A program made the translations under genes and the position numbers. The notes below the pieces were generated by a model. That model saw only the letters and a program-made list of their open reading frames with translations. It did no database searches and was not told the DNA's origin. From assembly GCA_012295275.1 (NCBI GenBank), contig CM022671.1, positions 34,472,001 to 34,536,000 of the forward strand: DNA of 64,000 nucleotides. The letters are read 5' to 3'. Positions 11,990 to 25,217 of the stretch are shown piece after piece (the first letter of the stretch is position 1; each line of letters opens with the position of its first letter). Source of the DNA: Chrysomallon squamiferum. Taxonomy: Eukaryota; Animalia; Mollusca.

Positions 11990-14744
11990 TGTGAAACAAA
12001 ACAAAAAGAAAATAAAAAGAAAATGACAGGGAAGAAAAAAAAAAGTGTAACTATAAATACTAAAATGGTTATATGGAATTTTAACCTTGTATTTATTGTG
12101 ATTACTAGTAAAACCAACTTCAGGCTATAATAGATTTACGTAAGGTTTTTTTTTGAAAATTTCCATACGCAAAACAACACACACCACATGTCTTTCTTCT
12201 CTTTCTTTTTTATTACTCTACAGAAAAACTAAAACCCAGCATGCTTCAACTAGGGTTTGAATATGATCTGCAGCTGCTGTTAACATAAAAAGACTTAAAT
12301 GTAGTCTCAGTGTCTCATTTTTATCTTGATACTGGGGTTAATTTTAAGCAGATAGATTTTCAACAATGTTCTATTTTTGTTGTTGTTTTTTGCTTTCTTT
12401 TAAATTCTTGGTAACAAATATCTGGTAATGTCATATAATTTCTTATGTAATAGCTTAATCAGTCACTTGATAGGAATTTGAAAAATGTTTTGTGCACAGA
12501 AAATATTTGTTTTACAAATTATTTTAACTTTAGTATGGCAAAATATAACAAAATCTAGAATGGAAGAATTTTTATCTCTTTATTTTGTTTCTTTTTGGGA
12601 TGTGTTATGAATATTAGTATTTTTTGTTAAATTTTTCCTTAACATTTTATTTTATTTTTCTTTAGAAATAAGTTCAGTGAATGTTATTAAACTGCTGATA
12701 AGAAATTACTTTTCATTACTGTTTTGGAATATACAATCATTCAAAAGAATAAAAAAATAATAAGTACAATAAATAAATAAATAAATAAGAAGAAGAAAAA
12801 ATAAGAAAAGCAAGAAAGAAAAAGAAAACAAAAAATGAAACAGGTCTTTGAAATGTTAAATTGCTATCAGTTAGAAAATTAACATTATAAATTCAACATA
12901 TACTTAAAATAACAATAATAATATGAAGAAGAACAACAACAACCACAAGAACAAGAAGAAGAAAAAGTAGAAGAAAAAGAAAAAGAAAATGATTAAATTC
13001 AAGAAAAATATTTAAAATAGCTACAAGTCCATTATACAACTATATCAGTAAATGTGAAAATGTTATATGACCTAAACTGAATTATTGTTCACTGCACACA
13101 GAGTTTGTTCAAACCTGTTGTTTTGTTTTTTCCTCATATGGCAAGCATGTTGAACTTGTTAGAATTTGATTACTGACAAACAACAAAAAAAATAAAATTT
13201 ATGCAACATTTTGTATGAATCAATGACATACCTATGACTTACAGATTAAATTCATGGGTGGCACAATTTTCATTTTAAAACATTTTTCACTATGTATCCT
13301 TATAACACAGTAGTCATAATACGACAGAAAATATTTCTTAATGATTTCAATTAATTTTATTCTCAAATCCTAGCTTCATACAGTCTTTGTATAAACAAGT
13401 GATATGAATGATACTTCAGGCAGATCTACCTTCCTCCTTCAACACATTTCCCAAAACAACTTCAAAATCTGAGTACCCTTGATTTATTACTTTTGTCATC
13501 ATATGTAACACAACCCCACCCATTCTGCTGCTAGCATTCTCTCACATACTGTGTGTGTGTGTGAGTGTGTTTCTGTGAGAAAATGGTTCAGTCGTGCCAG
13601 CAGTGTATACAATCTCTTATATTACCATAGCATTCTGTCCAAGACTGGATTTTTTGTTAACAGAGAAAAGCTGCTTGAATTATTGCTTTGTTTTTTCTTT
13701 TCTATGCAATCATGTTTACCATAAACCACTTGTCATCATAGTCTCCCAAGTAATGTTTGGTTTCTGTTTCAATTTTATTTATAACCACATTCACCATAAA
13801 GTAAAAATTCATTTACCATTCAGCCATGACATTTTTCTGAATAATAATACTGTTAGTAACACTATAAACAGACTGATCAAATTTCTAATTAATTTAAGCT
13901 GTTGATTAGTGGAACAGCAGTATTCCAGATAATCTGCTTTGTTACTATATGAAAAGAGCAATTAACAAGCTACCACATATCTTCAGATCATTAGTTAATT
14001 TCAACTTCCAGTAGGGGCCTGATTTCCAACAGTTTTATTTTTCAAAATTTTAATGTAATTTATATATATGCCATTTCTCGATTTTTTGTAGAAAATTCAG
14101 TAAGGTACAACCTTTAACTTTTAAATGGATCTTTCAGTTAAAACTGGACTTATGTAGACACCATCTGGAATTACTTAAAACCATACGAGTTTGTGCAATC
14201 CTAAGTTCTTCACTGTCTCACCAGCTCCACCCAGGATCATCTGTATTTAACTGATATTTTATCCAAATTATAAATAGTGTATTTATTTTTGTTGTTTACG
14301 TAAACATATTTATTTATTTGGTAACTTCTTGCAAACACAGTAAATGGGTATATAACTATATTACATGGTTTTCTGTCAGCATCATGAAACATTCTATAAT
14401 TTCTATTACTTGCATTAGGTATCATGTATCCACAGGTCCATCAACTAACATGCCATTAATAACAACAACAAAATATATATATATATATAAATCCATTTGA
14501 CAACCAATTTATTCTAACCCTGTCCAGGCCCCTTAACACAAAATTGTAATTTGCATCTCTAGCGTTCTTATTACTCTAAATTATTGTGCAACTTACGGTA
14601 TGAAATATCTGTGGCGGAATTTTCAGTGTCTTTCTTTTTCCTGTTAGCTTCTAGTATTATACGGGATGAAGTTAAAGTCACTAGATGTTGCCTTTTGTCG
14701 ATTTCTAAATTCGACTGCAAAATAACTTCATCGAACACTGCCAT
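1404..14744 (-). CDS. CERK: Ceramide kinase gene span (11 coding exons in window, about 518 codons; final exon lies left of position 1)
   Basis: Exons 14597-14744, 9465-9737, 6971-7099, 6134-6197, 5880-6022, 4343-4417, 3785-3937, 3359-3464, 2711-2790, 2023-2231, 1404-1579 join in frame through GT-AG introns. Product has an N-terminal PH-like region, LLVFINPFGGKKKA, VGVGGDGTFSELMNGL, IGIIPAGSTD, YGFYGDVLEDSE..RWMGPKRY, the CERK CxxxCxxC motif (CLSGCSVC), HLGDGSIDL and SVWNCDGE. Confidence 0.93.
2023..2231 (-). CDS. CERK: CERK exon 10
   Basis: WHKVKGKFVAINSYSMSCRSPMTPDGVSPTSHLGDGSIDLVLV...YLRHL. Confidence 0.93.
2711..2790 (-). CDS. CERK: CERK exon 9
   Basis: CSVCSEAAKKSETELLCDRAKEIGNQ, completing CxxxCxxC; weak GTGTCT donor, but phase fits. 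Confidence 0.82.
3023..3200. repeat. Direct tandem duplication, about 89 bp x2, in a CERK intron
   Basis: aacattgggtcctcttttt...ccacataaccacaattttga at 3023 and 3112, nearly identical. Confidence 0.9.
3359..3464 (-). CDS. CERK: CERK exon 8
   Basis: FKKFLTKKCYDGEVSFLL...RCLSG; GTGAGT donor. Confidence 0.9.
3785..3937 (-). CDS. CERK: CERK exon 7
   Basis: DRTGIDVCALY...YGFYGDVLEDSESFRWMGPKRYSWSG; weak GTCTGT donor. Confidence 0.9.
4343..4417 (-). CDS. CERK: CERK exon 6
   Basis: GSTDAVVCTTVGTNDPVTSALHIILG; TAG acceptor, GTAAGA donor. Confidence 0.93.
4508..4810. repeat. Minisatellite, about 70 bp x 4.3
   Basis: Unit aaatatctgtagaatatgtacgtgtgtatg...cataatgtattagaaacac starting at 4508, 4578, 4648, 4714, 4784. 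Confidence 0.9.
5625..5852. repeat. Degenerate 22-26 bp tandem repeat with core aatctRcaggtaa
   Basis: About 9 units, about 7 with an intact CAGGTA. Confidence 0.8.
5880..6022 (-). CDS. CERK: CERK exon 5 (ATP-binding GGDG motif)
   Basis: VVGVGGDGTFSELMNGLL...LRIGIIPAG; not in the ORF track. Confidence 0.94.
6134..6197 (-). CDS. CERK: CERK exon 4
   Basis: TTHGSHAYDVLQDYDLSKIDG; phase 1 in, phase 2 out. Confidence 0.9.
6971..7099 (-). CDS. CERK: CERK exon 3
   Basis: RPNNLLVFINPFGGKKKAAKLYREKIAPLFKLA; ttttatttcag acceptor, GTAAGA donor. Confidence 0.93.
   Translation of the reverse strand, partial: RNRGQTICWFSLTHLEGRRKLPNCTERKLPHFLNSQISALIL
9465..9737 (-). CDS. CERK: CERK exon 2 (PH-like domain)
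   Basis: CAG acceptor, GTGAGA donor; CIDLKEVIAV...FSVYYIKRIPRHRWRYKQITF...CQMWVDRL. Confidence 0.88.
14597..14744 (-). CDS. CERK: CERK exon 1 (MAVFDEVILQSNLEIDKRQHLVTLTSSRII...)
   Basis: ATG at 14744; GTAAGT donor at 14596; phase 1 matches next exon; CpG-rich segment just upstream. Confidence 0.75.
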
Positions 14745-14900
14745 TCCAGATGTTTTGTTGTAACTTGCACCACTGCGGTGCGCACATACCGAGGACTTCA
14801 CCAACGCGTTCTGCATTATATACTGATCACAAACAATTAAGCAGTATGTATTTACAAGATCCGTTTGGTGCATTTTTTGTTCCTCCTCAGGGTTACTTGT
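14745..14900 (-). promoter_or_regulatory. Putative CERK promoter / 5' UTR
   Basis: CpG-containing patch (gcggtgcgcaca...acgcgt) immediately upstream of the ATG, contrasting with CpG-poor CERK introns. Confidence 0.4.
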
Positions 14901-15112
14901 TTTACTTCAGCATTTTGAAATGCACTGATTTAAATGTATTAAAAATGTCTGAATTTTATTTTATTTATTATTATTTTTTTTTTTAGATTACTTTATTATT
15001 TGCATATATATAGTATAATAATATAGTTTTTAATGCTATCAGTTTGGCGTTCCAAGCAGGATTAAACTTCTGTTAGAGAGCACAGTATCACCAATCTGTT
15101 GAATCTAAAATT

Positions 15113-15161
<49 letters not shown>

Positions 15162-15422
15162 TGTTCTTGTTTGTTTGTTTGTTTTATTTTTTGTTTGTTT
15201 GTTGTTGTTTTTTTGTTTGTTTTTGTTTGTGTTTTTTTTTTAATATTAAAATATTCTCTCTCATACCATCAGTTTATACCTGTCTGTCAGTTTGCCTTTC
15301 TGCACTTATATTTGTTCCTTTTTCTCAGGTACATTCGGTAATGTGTTCTCTGCGAATTATATAGTATGTGTATACATGGTGTGCATGAACGTTTGCATAG
15401 GTATACTTATGTATAAGATTTG

Positions 15423-15522
<100 letters not shown>

Positions 15523-15614
15523 CTGAAAAAGATTGTTATAACCTGCTATAACTAGCAAATCAGAAACTATAATTTCATTTAAAGTTCGGCCACGATTGGA
15601 TAAAAATAAACAAA

Positions 15615-15653
<39 letters not shown>

Positions 15654-15887
15654 AAAAAGATTAAAAAACAAAATTCTGATTGGATATATTCTAATGAGAG
15701 AGAGTAAGACAGTGATAAAGAGGGTATGGGAATGAGAGGAGATAGAGTGAGAGAGGGAGTAAAAGTGAAAGTGGATGCGAGTGTGAGACGGAGTGAGAGA
15801 CCGAATGAGACGAAAAGTGAAATTATAAAGTGACAAAAGGAGGCAATGGAAGAAGCCGAGAACAAAGAGAGGCAAGAGGTGGATGAA

Positions 15888-15954
<67 letters not shown>

Positions 15955-16337
15955 ATAAATAAATAAAAAAATATAAACGAAACAAAAGACAACAACGTAA
16001 ATAAATTGACATTACAAGCATATTTATTCAAATATTATATTTGTCAAAAAAGTATAGAAAATAATGAAAATAAAAAATAAATCTGAAAGAGAAAGAAGTA
16101 ACAGAACGAAGAAAGTATGTAAAAAAGAAACCTCCAGGAAGAAAGAAAAAACATTATTACAATGTCAGAATGCTTAGCATTAAATCATTACTTCATTACA
16201 AGGACGAAACAATAGAAAATGAAACGAAGAGAAGAAAGGACGGGAAAACAAACAAACAAACAAACAATCATCAACAACCTAAAAACATTAAAATAAAATA
16301 AATAAATATTGAGTAGTGGAACGAACATTTGACAGTG

Positions 16338-18807
16338 TCAAGTGTATACGAATTTGTACGTCATTTTCCAGTAATGATATTTCGTCTTTGGCTCACATTC
16401 ATACATCTGAACCATCTGCTCGAATTTATGAACTTCATCCACGTTGGTTACATGCACAGCACACCAAGTTTTGGAAAAGTTTTTGTACACGAGTCTACCG
16501 AAATACGGTCCGGGAGACAACGTCCACGACACACCTTTCAGTCTGTCAGGAGGCAGACAGTCTCCTAACGTCAACAGCAGAAATCGATCATCTACGTGAA
16601 CGCATCGGTTGTCGTACATCAGTCTGCCGTGAACGTCGATAGTGAACGTATTTTCAGGAGAGATGTGATATTTCAGACACCTGAACGAAACTCCTAAATA
16701 ACCGTCTTCTAAAACTGTTATGCATCCAGACGTTTTAGCGTTTATAATTTCACCGTGGAAAACGGCTTCAACTGTTGGAATTTTCATTTCCGGCATGATA
16801 TTTTCTAAGAACCATTTGAAATTCTTGCACTGAAGTTTTCTTTTTAATTTGATCCTTTCTTCGAGCGACTTCTTTTCGTCCGAAGTCATTGGCGGCAAAT
16901 CGAACAAACCGCGTAACGCGGCGTGGATGAAGACTTTATATTTACCCATCCAAACCTCCGCCACTCGTCTCAGGTTCTTGCAGATGATCATTTCGCGATC
17001 CCCGACAAAACTGTACGAATTCTTTTTGTAGATGTGGCCAACGCAAGAACAGGGAACTGTCGTTATTCGGCCACCACACATCCAAGTCCTGAAGGACAGG
17101 TCCAGCTGCTCTCCGCCCCAAATGTGAAGGTCTTCGTCGAATGCACCAATGGAATTGAAGTACGATTTTCTCACAGCAATGGCGCAACCAACCAGAACTG
17201 GCGTTGGGACTGGTTCTGCTGGAGACGTCAGGAATTGGGTCAAATAATTCGGGATCGAAAACCAGGAGTATCTGTATCAGAATAAAACGGAAACAACTTT
17301 GAACACACCTACTGTCTCAATAATGAAAACTTTTCTATCTTTGACATACATTTCACTTGTTAATTTAGTTTAGCTTAATTTATTATTATTATTATTTCTT
17401 TATTTATTTTTCTTTTTTTTCTTTTTGAATCAAACCATAAATTTCACAAAAACAACATTACTACGAAAAGGAACAGTAAAGCAGTAGGCTCACACAGAAG
17501 GCCAAAAATAATAAACAAATAAACAAACAAACAAACAAACAAATAAACAAATAAATAAACAAATAAGCCATATCATGTGGTATTTTATATATTATACATC
17601 AACAAACAAGACAAAAATGGTCATATATAATAATAAAATATACAGTTTATTTTACCTCATATCCCATCCAAACCCGCCACGGGACTGAAGCTGGGAATTT
17701 AAAGGATAACTCATGACATTCTGGCTGATTGCTAAAAGGTGTGGCTGTACTACTATATTCGAAAATCGATTTATTTCGAAAAGAAGCGGTTCTAACCAGC
17801 CAACGAGGCATTCAGTGTGAGCGTCCAAGAAAATGAGTACTTCCCCTTGAGCTTTATTAGCTCCCTTTAGTCTCGATTTTACGACACCCTCTCGTTTTTC
17901 GTTTCTAATTAGGGTAATTTTGCTATCGAGGATGCTAAGATAGTTCTGGAATTCTTTTCCGAAGTACGCATGCGTGCTGTTGTCGTCTACTAGTATTATT
18001 TCGCGCAGTAACTCGGGAGGAGAGCGAGACACTAGGCTGTGAACGGTTCTCAGGAGAACAGTTAGAGGTTCGTTGTAAAACGGAATTATGACGGAAACTG
18101 TCGGAAGAGCCGTGAGGTTGTAGCTGATGTTACGACATTCCTTTGGTCGTATGTCGTCGATTTCTCTTTCCACCGGTATGTTGTCGCTGGCGGTGACGTT
18201 GTAGTTGTAGTAACTGTCCGGCGGTCGTTTGTATTTTAATAATCGTTTCAGTATCTGTTCCAGGGTCTTCCGTTTTGCCGAGTCATTTTTTGTTAGACTA
18301 CTTAAAGGCGACGAGAGTGTGTTTGTTCTAGAAGGAAAAACGGTAAGCGAATAAGCAGATAATATTTGTTTTATATTTATTTATTTATTATTATTATTTT
18401 GTTTATTATTATTTTCCAGCGCTCTCATTATTACTGACGATAAATAGCCCAACATACATAAACAGACGGCGATATACGTACGTACGTACACGCGCGCACT
18501 CACACAGACAAACAGAAATCATTATATCAGTTGAATCAGTGGCAGTAACGTTAAAAATACATTATTTCAAATAAATATCTATCACTGCAACAAAGTAGTT
18601 CAACATGTACGACATTATCACTTCTCACCGGATCTCATTGTGTTTACGTCTGACGTCATTCATTCGTCCGTTCTCGGAAAGTGTCCACTTGTTTCCGGAA
18701 TAAACTGCGATTTTATCGAATATAACAATAATAAACACAATATGAACCTCAAACATTAACAGAAAGAATAAAAACTTCTTTTTACTGAATTTAACTGAAT
18801 ACGTCAT
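16338..18807 (-). CDS. Polypeptide N-acetylgalactosaminyltransferase, paralog A (GT27; about 594 aa; exons 18629-18807, 17656-18327, 16338-17271)
   Basis: Type II signal anchor (KKKFLFFLLMFEVHIVFIIVIF), LPTVSVIIPFYNE, EIILVDDNS, DAH metal-binding motif, WLEPLL, IWGGEQLDLSFRTWMCGG, PCSCVGH and a C-terminal ricin-like domain. Both introns are GT-AG, phase 2. Confidence 0.92.
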
Positions 18808-19201
18808 TGTCAGTGTCTATGATGTCGTAATATCAGATCATTTGGCATTACCCTGGACGCAGTCGAAAAGATCAGACCATCATTAAATCTGGTAAAGAAA
18901 AGAAAATATTTAATCTTATTTTATATGTGAGCAGTTATGTTTTATTTTATTTATTTTATTTTATTTTATTTTATTTTATTCAATTTAATTCAATTTTATC
19001 ATTTGCAAATTTATTTATTTATATAACTATCTGTTTACATCTCTATCTATAATTTATTTGCTTATTCTAATGACTGAATTTGGATTAATCTTCGCTAAAT
19101 TTGGTGACTGAAATAGATGAATATTTGAAAAGAACAATATAATCTCTATAAAACGAATATTATAGGCCTACATTGATTTTGTAAAATACACAACTTTCTA
19201 C

Positions 19202-19300
19202 CCTTGTCAGTTCCGGGCTACTACATCTACAATGATTACATCACATTTACAAAACCACTTCAGCTTTCAGTGACGTCATATCGAAATCTTTATTATATAA
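19202..19300 (-). promoter_or_regulatory. Putative GALNT-A core promoter and non-coding first exon
   Basis: TATA-like TTATATAATA near 19291-19300, TGACGTCA at 19271-19278, donor GTAGAA at 19201; a matching acceptor opens the ATG-containing exon at 18888. Confidence 0.35.
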
Positions 19301-19995
19301 AAGATGAAAAATCAAATTAAAACTTCATTGTGACGAGGGGAAAATTCCTATACGATGCAATTAAGGGGGTTTTGCAAAATCTTGTAAAATATCAAAAACA
19401 AACAAACAAGCACCCAACAACAACAAATAAATAAAAAATACAAATAAAAACAACAAAAATAAAATTATAATAATAACAACAATAGTAATAACTAGTGAAT
19501 AACTCGGATGTAAACAATTTATTACATAAATAGGCAATTAATAATTAAAAAGTATATAGATAGATATAATACAAGTATCCCTTGATTAACGCAGTTAAAT
19601 CATATATTGCCATACTACACACATCCAAATCTGTAAATAATAATAATAATAATAATTTAATTTTGACTTTTTTTTTAAATTTTTCATTCATTTTCAGTCT
19701 ATAAAATCTGTTTAACTAAACAGGAAAAACTCCTACAATTCGATCGATGTCCATTAATTGTTACTTAAGCGACTCAAAATTACAAACCAATTCATCAAGC
19801 TCTTTACATATTTCATTACACCAAATTTAACATCTGATGTAATTAATGCACGTCAATGAATGGTTATAGTTAATATTAATACTTAAACTAGTTAATAAGT
19901 ATTGCGCAAATAGAAACTGTGTTATACAAAGGATATACGTAAGTAAATTTTAAAAATTCACAAACGCCGAAAAGCATACATTAGCACATACATGC

Positions 19996-20186
<191 letters not shown>

Positions 20187-20677
20187 ATTTAAATAACGGT
20201 CGTTAAATGAAATACAGTTTGCAGTAATCGCAGACTTTCATAACAATATCCCCCAAACCATTCAGAATGTAGAAATAAAATAATGGTTTCAGACAGCGGT
20301 GATGTAATCAGGACGTCGTGAATCTTCAATACGATTAAGAAAGAAGAAAAAAAAGCGGAAGGAAAGAAAACGACCAAAACACTTTCTTTAACGGGTGTAT
20401 TGAAAGCTTTGATGGCATTAAAAAAATGTATTTAAAAGTTTAAGTGTGTACTGGAATTACCGGAATGAAAATCCTGTTGAATAAATATCATCAAAATTTA
20501 AAATGAATGCGATTATATAATTTAACTCTGTTGAGAATTTTACTGAATTCATAATAAGGAAGCAAGAAACGTGAAAAGAAGTGAAAGAATAAAGAAAAGA
20601 AGGAAAGAGAAGAAGACGAATGGCGAGATATTACTGAGAATGTACAATGAATGAATGGCAGATATTATCATTTCTTT

Positions 20678-22991
20678 TCATGGGTATGTGAATTTGTACT
20701 GTATCTTCCAGTAATGAAACTCGGAATCTGGTTTGCATTTGACCATCTGAACCATCTGTTCGTTCAAGTGTACAGCTGCTATGTTAGTTACGTGCTGAGC
20801 ACACCAAGTTTTGGAAACGTTTTTGTACACGAGTTTACCGAAATGCGGTCCGGGAGACAACGTCCACGACACACCTTTCAGTCTGTCAGGAGGCAGACAG
20901 TCTCCTAAAGTCAACAGCAGAAATCGATCATCTACGTGAACGCATTGGTTGTCATACATCAGTCTGCCGTGAACGTCGATAGTGAACGTATTTTCAGGGT
21001 GGATGCGGTACACGAAACAATTGTACGTCATTCCTAAGTAACCGTCTTTTAACACGCTTATACAGGCTAACGTTTTATTGTTCTGTAATTCACCGTGAAA
21101 CCGAGCTTCCGCTGTTGGAATTTTCATCTCCGGCATGACATGTTCTAAGAACCATGTGAAATTTTTGCACCGAAGTTTTCTTTTCAACTTGATCCTGTCG
21201 TGGAGGGTCTTTCGTTCGTCCGCGGACAGTTCAGGTATCTGTGCGAAACTGCGCGTTGCGGCGTAAAAGAATGTTTTGTATTCGTCCATCCAGATGTCTG
21301 CGACGCGTCTCAGGTTCTTTCGAATGATCGTATCTCGGTCTCCGCCGAAACTGTACGAGTTGAACTTAAAGAGATGACCTACGCGAGAACAAGGAACTGT
21401 CGTTATTCGACCCCCACACATCCATGTCCTGAACGACAAATCTAGATGCTCTCCGCCCCAGATGCGTAGGTCTTCGTCAAACGCACCAATGGAATTGAAG
21501 TACGATTTTCTCACAGCGATAGCGCAGCCAACCAGAACTGGTGTTGGAATCGGATCTGTTGGTGACGTCAGAGTCTGGGTCAAGTACTTCGGGATCGGAA
21601 ACCAGGCGTATCTGTAAAACATCAAACCTTGTTCTGTAACGAAATTAAAAACTGCAGAGAGTATTATAAAATTCTCAGAAATGTATATCGGCTACATATT
21701 AAAAAAATTTTTTTTTTTTTTTTGATTGAGGACAATCAATCAATCAATCAATCAATCAGTCATAAAGATCGATGAAACTTTACCTCAAATCCCATCCAAA
21801 TCCGCCACGGAAGATTCTAGAATCAGAGTAATACATAATATTAGTGTCAACGATTGTCGCTATAAGAGGTTGTACCACAATATTCTCAAACCGATTTATT
21901 TCCGCAAGAAGAGGTTCCAACCAGCCAACATTATGTTCAGTGTGAGCATCGAAGAAAATGAGTACCTCTCCTTGAGCTCGGTTAGCTCCCTTTAGTCTCG
22001 ATCTTATGAGACCCTCTCGTTTTTCATTTCTTATTAGAATAATTCGACTGTCGAGGATGCTGAGGTAGTTCTGGAATTCTTTTCCAAAGTACGCATGCGT
22101 GCTGTTGTCGTCTACTAGTATTATTTCGCGCAGTAACTCGGGAGGAGAGCGAGACACTAGGCTGTGAACGGTTCTCAGGAGAACAGTTAGAGGTTCGTTG
22201 TAAAACGGAATTATGACGGAAACCTTCGGCAGAGCCGTGAGGTTGTAGCTGATGTTACGACATTCCTTTAGTCGCAAATCGTCGATGTCTCTTTCCACCG
22301 GTATGTTGTCGCTGGCGGTGACGTTGTAGTTGTAGTAACTGTCCGGCGGTCGTTTGTATTTTAATAATCGTTTCAGTATCTGTTCCAGGGTCTTCCGTTT
22401 TGCCGAGTCATTTTTTGTCTCACTGGTTAATTTTGTCCTATAAAAAAAAAAAAAAAAAAAAAAAGAAAGCTGTTGAAAAAAGCAAATAAAACAAGCAGAC
22501 ATTGGATTTATAAATATTTGTTTGAAGACAACATTAGCACCATATTTTATATTGACGTTTAATGTGCATTTACAAGTTTTTATTTTTAAATCACATCTCA
22601 GAGGAAATAAAATCCTACAGTCACCATGTGAGCCACGGTTACTGATTAGCAAAGGGGATGTTCTAAACTGGTGTGTGTATACTCATAAGGTGTAAAACTC
22701 AAAGTCAGTAAAGAATAAAACGTTTCATATTCTAACCTATACACTGTAACAAATCTGTCACAGGGCCTGATTGGAACTGGTGACAGTTCAATGGTATAAT
22801 TACGAATTTAATACTAATTTATTAATTTCTTCACTTTATAATAGGAACTTTAATAATCAAAGAATGTTTAACGACATGGAATTGTTACAAAAACAAATAG
22901 TTCAGATGTTGTCTTGTCAATATATCTCTTACTGAATACTGTCGATGCTATTAATTAGTTTACAGGCGATATTTTAGTTATTTATTTTATT

Positions 22992-23053
<62 letters not shown>

Positions 23054-23671
23054 TGACTGTATGTGTCATTCGTAATAATAAAATCACTGCTAGTAATGAT
23101 ATATAAACAAACAAAATCACACCGATAAACGAAATGCCTCAACTATCAGAATGGGATTTTTTCTCTTATTTTTTTAAAGCTTAAACCCCAAAAGAAAAAA
23201 AGAAAAGAAAACGTATCAAACACAAGGCATTAATATACCATATTAAAAACAAACAATCAATGATTTAAAAAAATAAAAAAATAAAAAATTAAAATGGGAA
23301 TTCAAAAAAAAAAAAATTAATAAATATATAAAAGATAATAAGAAAAAAAAAAAAATAACAAACCCACCCCCCAAAAATAAATATTACTAAAATACTTTTT
23401 AAAGATAGAGTAACTTTGAACCGAATAGCTTATTAATGCACCAAACTGAACAACGACAACGGCAACAACAGCGTGCTCCTTACCGGCCGTCAATGTCATG
23501 TCTTCTGACGTCATCATATCTTCTGTTTACGGAAACTGTCGAGTGACTACGGGTAGACATGGCAACTCGCTCGAGCACAGAAATAATAAAGAGCGTGTGT
23601 ACTCCAAGTATTAGAAGCATGAGTCCTAGAACGACCACTAAACGTCTTCTGTTGAACTTCATTATAGACAT
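20678..23671 (-). CDS. Polypeptide N-acetylgalactosaminyltransferase, paralog B (GT27; about 591 aa; exons 23484-23671, 21784-22437, 20678-21611)
   Basis: Signal anchor (RRRLVVVLGLMLLILGVHTLFIISVL), REGLIRSRLKG, DAH, IWGGEHLDLSFRTWMCGG, PCSRVGH and ricin-like domain. Same intron positions and phases as paralog A. Confidence 0.92.
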
Positions 23672-23801
23672 CGTCTCTGATGTTTGTCTGTGTATTATGA
23701 AACGTGGCGGAAAGCTCAATATCCAGACTGTTAGATGCAAAGTCGGTGAAAGCCGTTCAGTGTTATTGTCAGACTCATAGAATCTGTGGTCAAAGAAAAA
23801 T

Positions 23802-23885
<84 letters not shown>

Positions 23886-24881
23886 TTATTCTTATGATTA
23901 TTATAAAAATGATAGCAATAGTATTAATAATAATAATAACAACAATAACGATAACAATAATAATAATAATAAAACAAACGGAAATCATTTTTAAGATACA
24001 TGTATAAATTGTAAATTTATTTGTTAAGTATCATTTCTTAATGTTTGATTCATGGTAAACCGTCTTAAAAACGAAATGAACACACTTTTGTTTATCTGCT
24101 AATAACAGACTAGAACATTACAGTACATACCATCAACACAGATAAACTTTGTAGCCAGTAATACTGATCTACAGATAAACACAATCCGATAAATAAATAA
24201 ATAAATAAATAACAAGAACAACAGCTGCAGTTGAAACAATAATATAAACAATCTACCAGTAATGAATACTTTGTAGAACGGGGAATAGCTAAGTGGAGTA
24301 CATTGTGGATTAATCCTATTGTGAACACAATATCAAGTCAGCAGTGATCCAGTTTACAACAACTAACAGTCCGTTATACAAAAACAAAAACTAAAATATC
24401 ACTACTAAACTAGTTTTCAGATTCCCATCATTTCTGTACATTATTACTACAACAGCCGTGACCTCAGCAACGTTTTCAACATCTACTTTAGCAGCATCAA
24501 GAACGTCAGTGACAAAGACAAGAATAATAATAAAGTCTCACTTTCGCAAGGACAAAGTTGATATCTCAAGAGAATAACTATTTTTATTTTATTTTATCGT
24601 GCAGAGCTAAATGATATAAAACATGAAAGGAATCGTGCTTTACTTCTCAACTCGCATCTCTCGAGAACAGCAGATTCACGAATTTTTGTTTGGCTGTCGA
24701 TTTAGACCAAAATAAAATAGATCTTAAATTTCTTTGTTATTATTATTATTTTTTTTTAGATCGTTTCCGTTTAAAAAATTGTCTTTTAAGATTTACACCA
24801 TTAACTAAATACGAAAGAAATAACTTTGAACAAGGTTTGTTATTATATAGATAAGATATATATATATATATATATATATTA

Positions 24882-25217
24882 TGGTCGTAACTATACTGAG
24901 GCAAAGAGGCCAATTCCTCATACCGAAAGTGACGATTATTTTTTAAATTTTTTTTAAAAATATAAATTATAAATCTCTGTTTCGATAGAAACGATGAAAG
25001 ACATAACTGACTTCAAAGACTTCAGACATCAAACAGGTTTATCGAACACCTGATAATTTAAAACATACAACAACCTTTTCGCATGTTTCAGTCTTAGCTT
25101 GGTTCTTGCCCTGATGCAATGTGTATTGTCATTTAGTCCACAGACCCGTCGCCCAATTTAAAAAAAAATTTTTGCCCCGCTCCGCTAGTCATTTCAAAAA
25201 GAGTCTAGTTACGGCCA
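24882..25217. mobile_element. MITE-like non-autonomous DNA transposon (about 336 bp)
   Basis: Left end TGGTCGTAACTATACT versus reverse complement of right end TGGCCGTAACTAGACT (2 mismatches); TA on both flanks; no ORF. Confidence 0.65.

Noticed and set aside
16316-17285. Plus-strand ORFs overlapping the GALNT exons (also 20651-21995 and 9412-9759)
   Set aside because: Antisense shadows of GC-richer real exons; no motifs or splice support.
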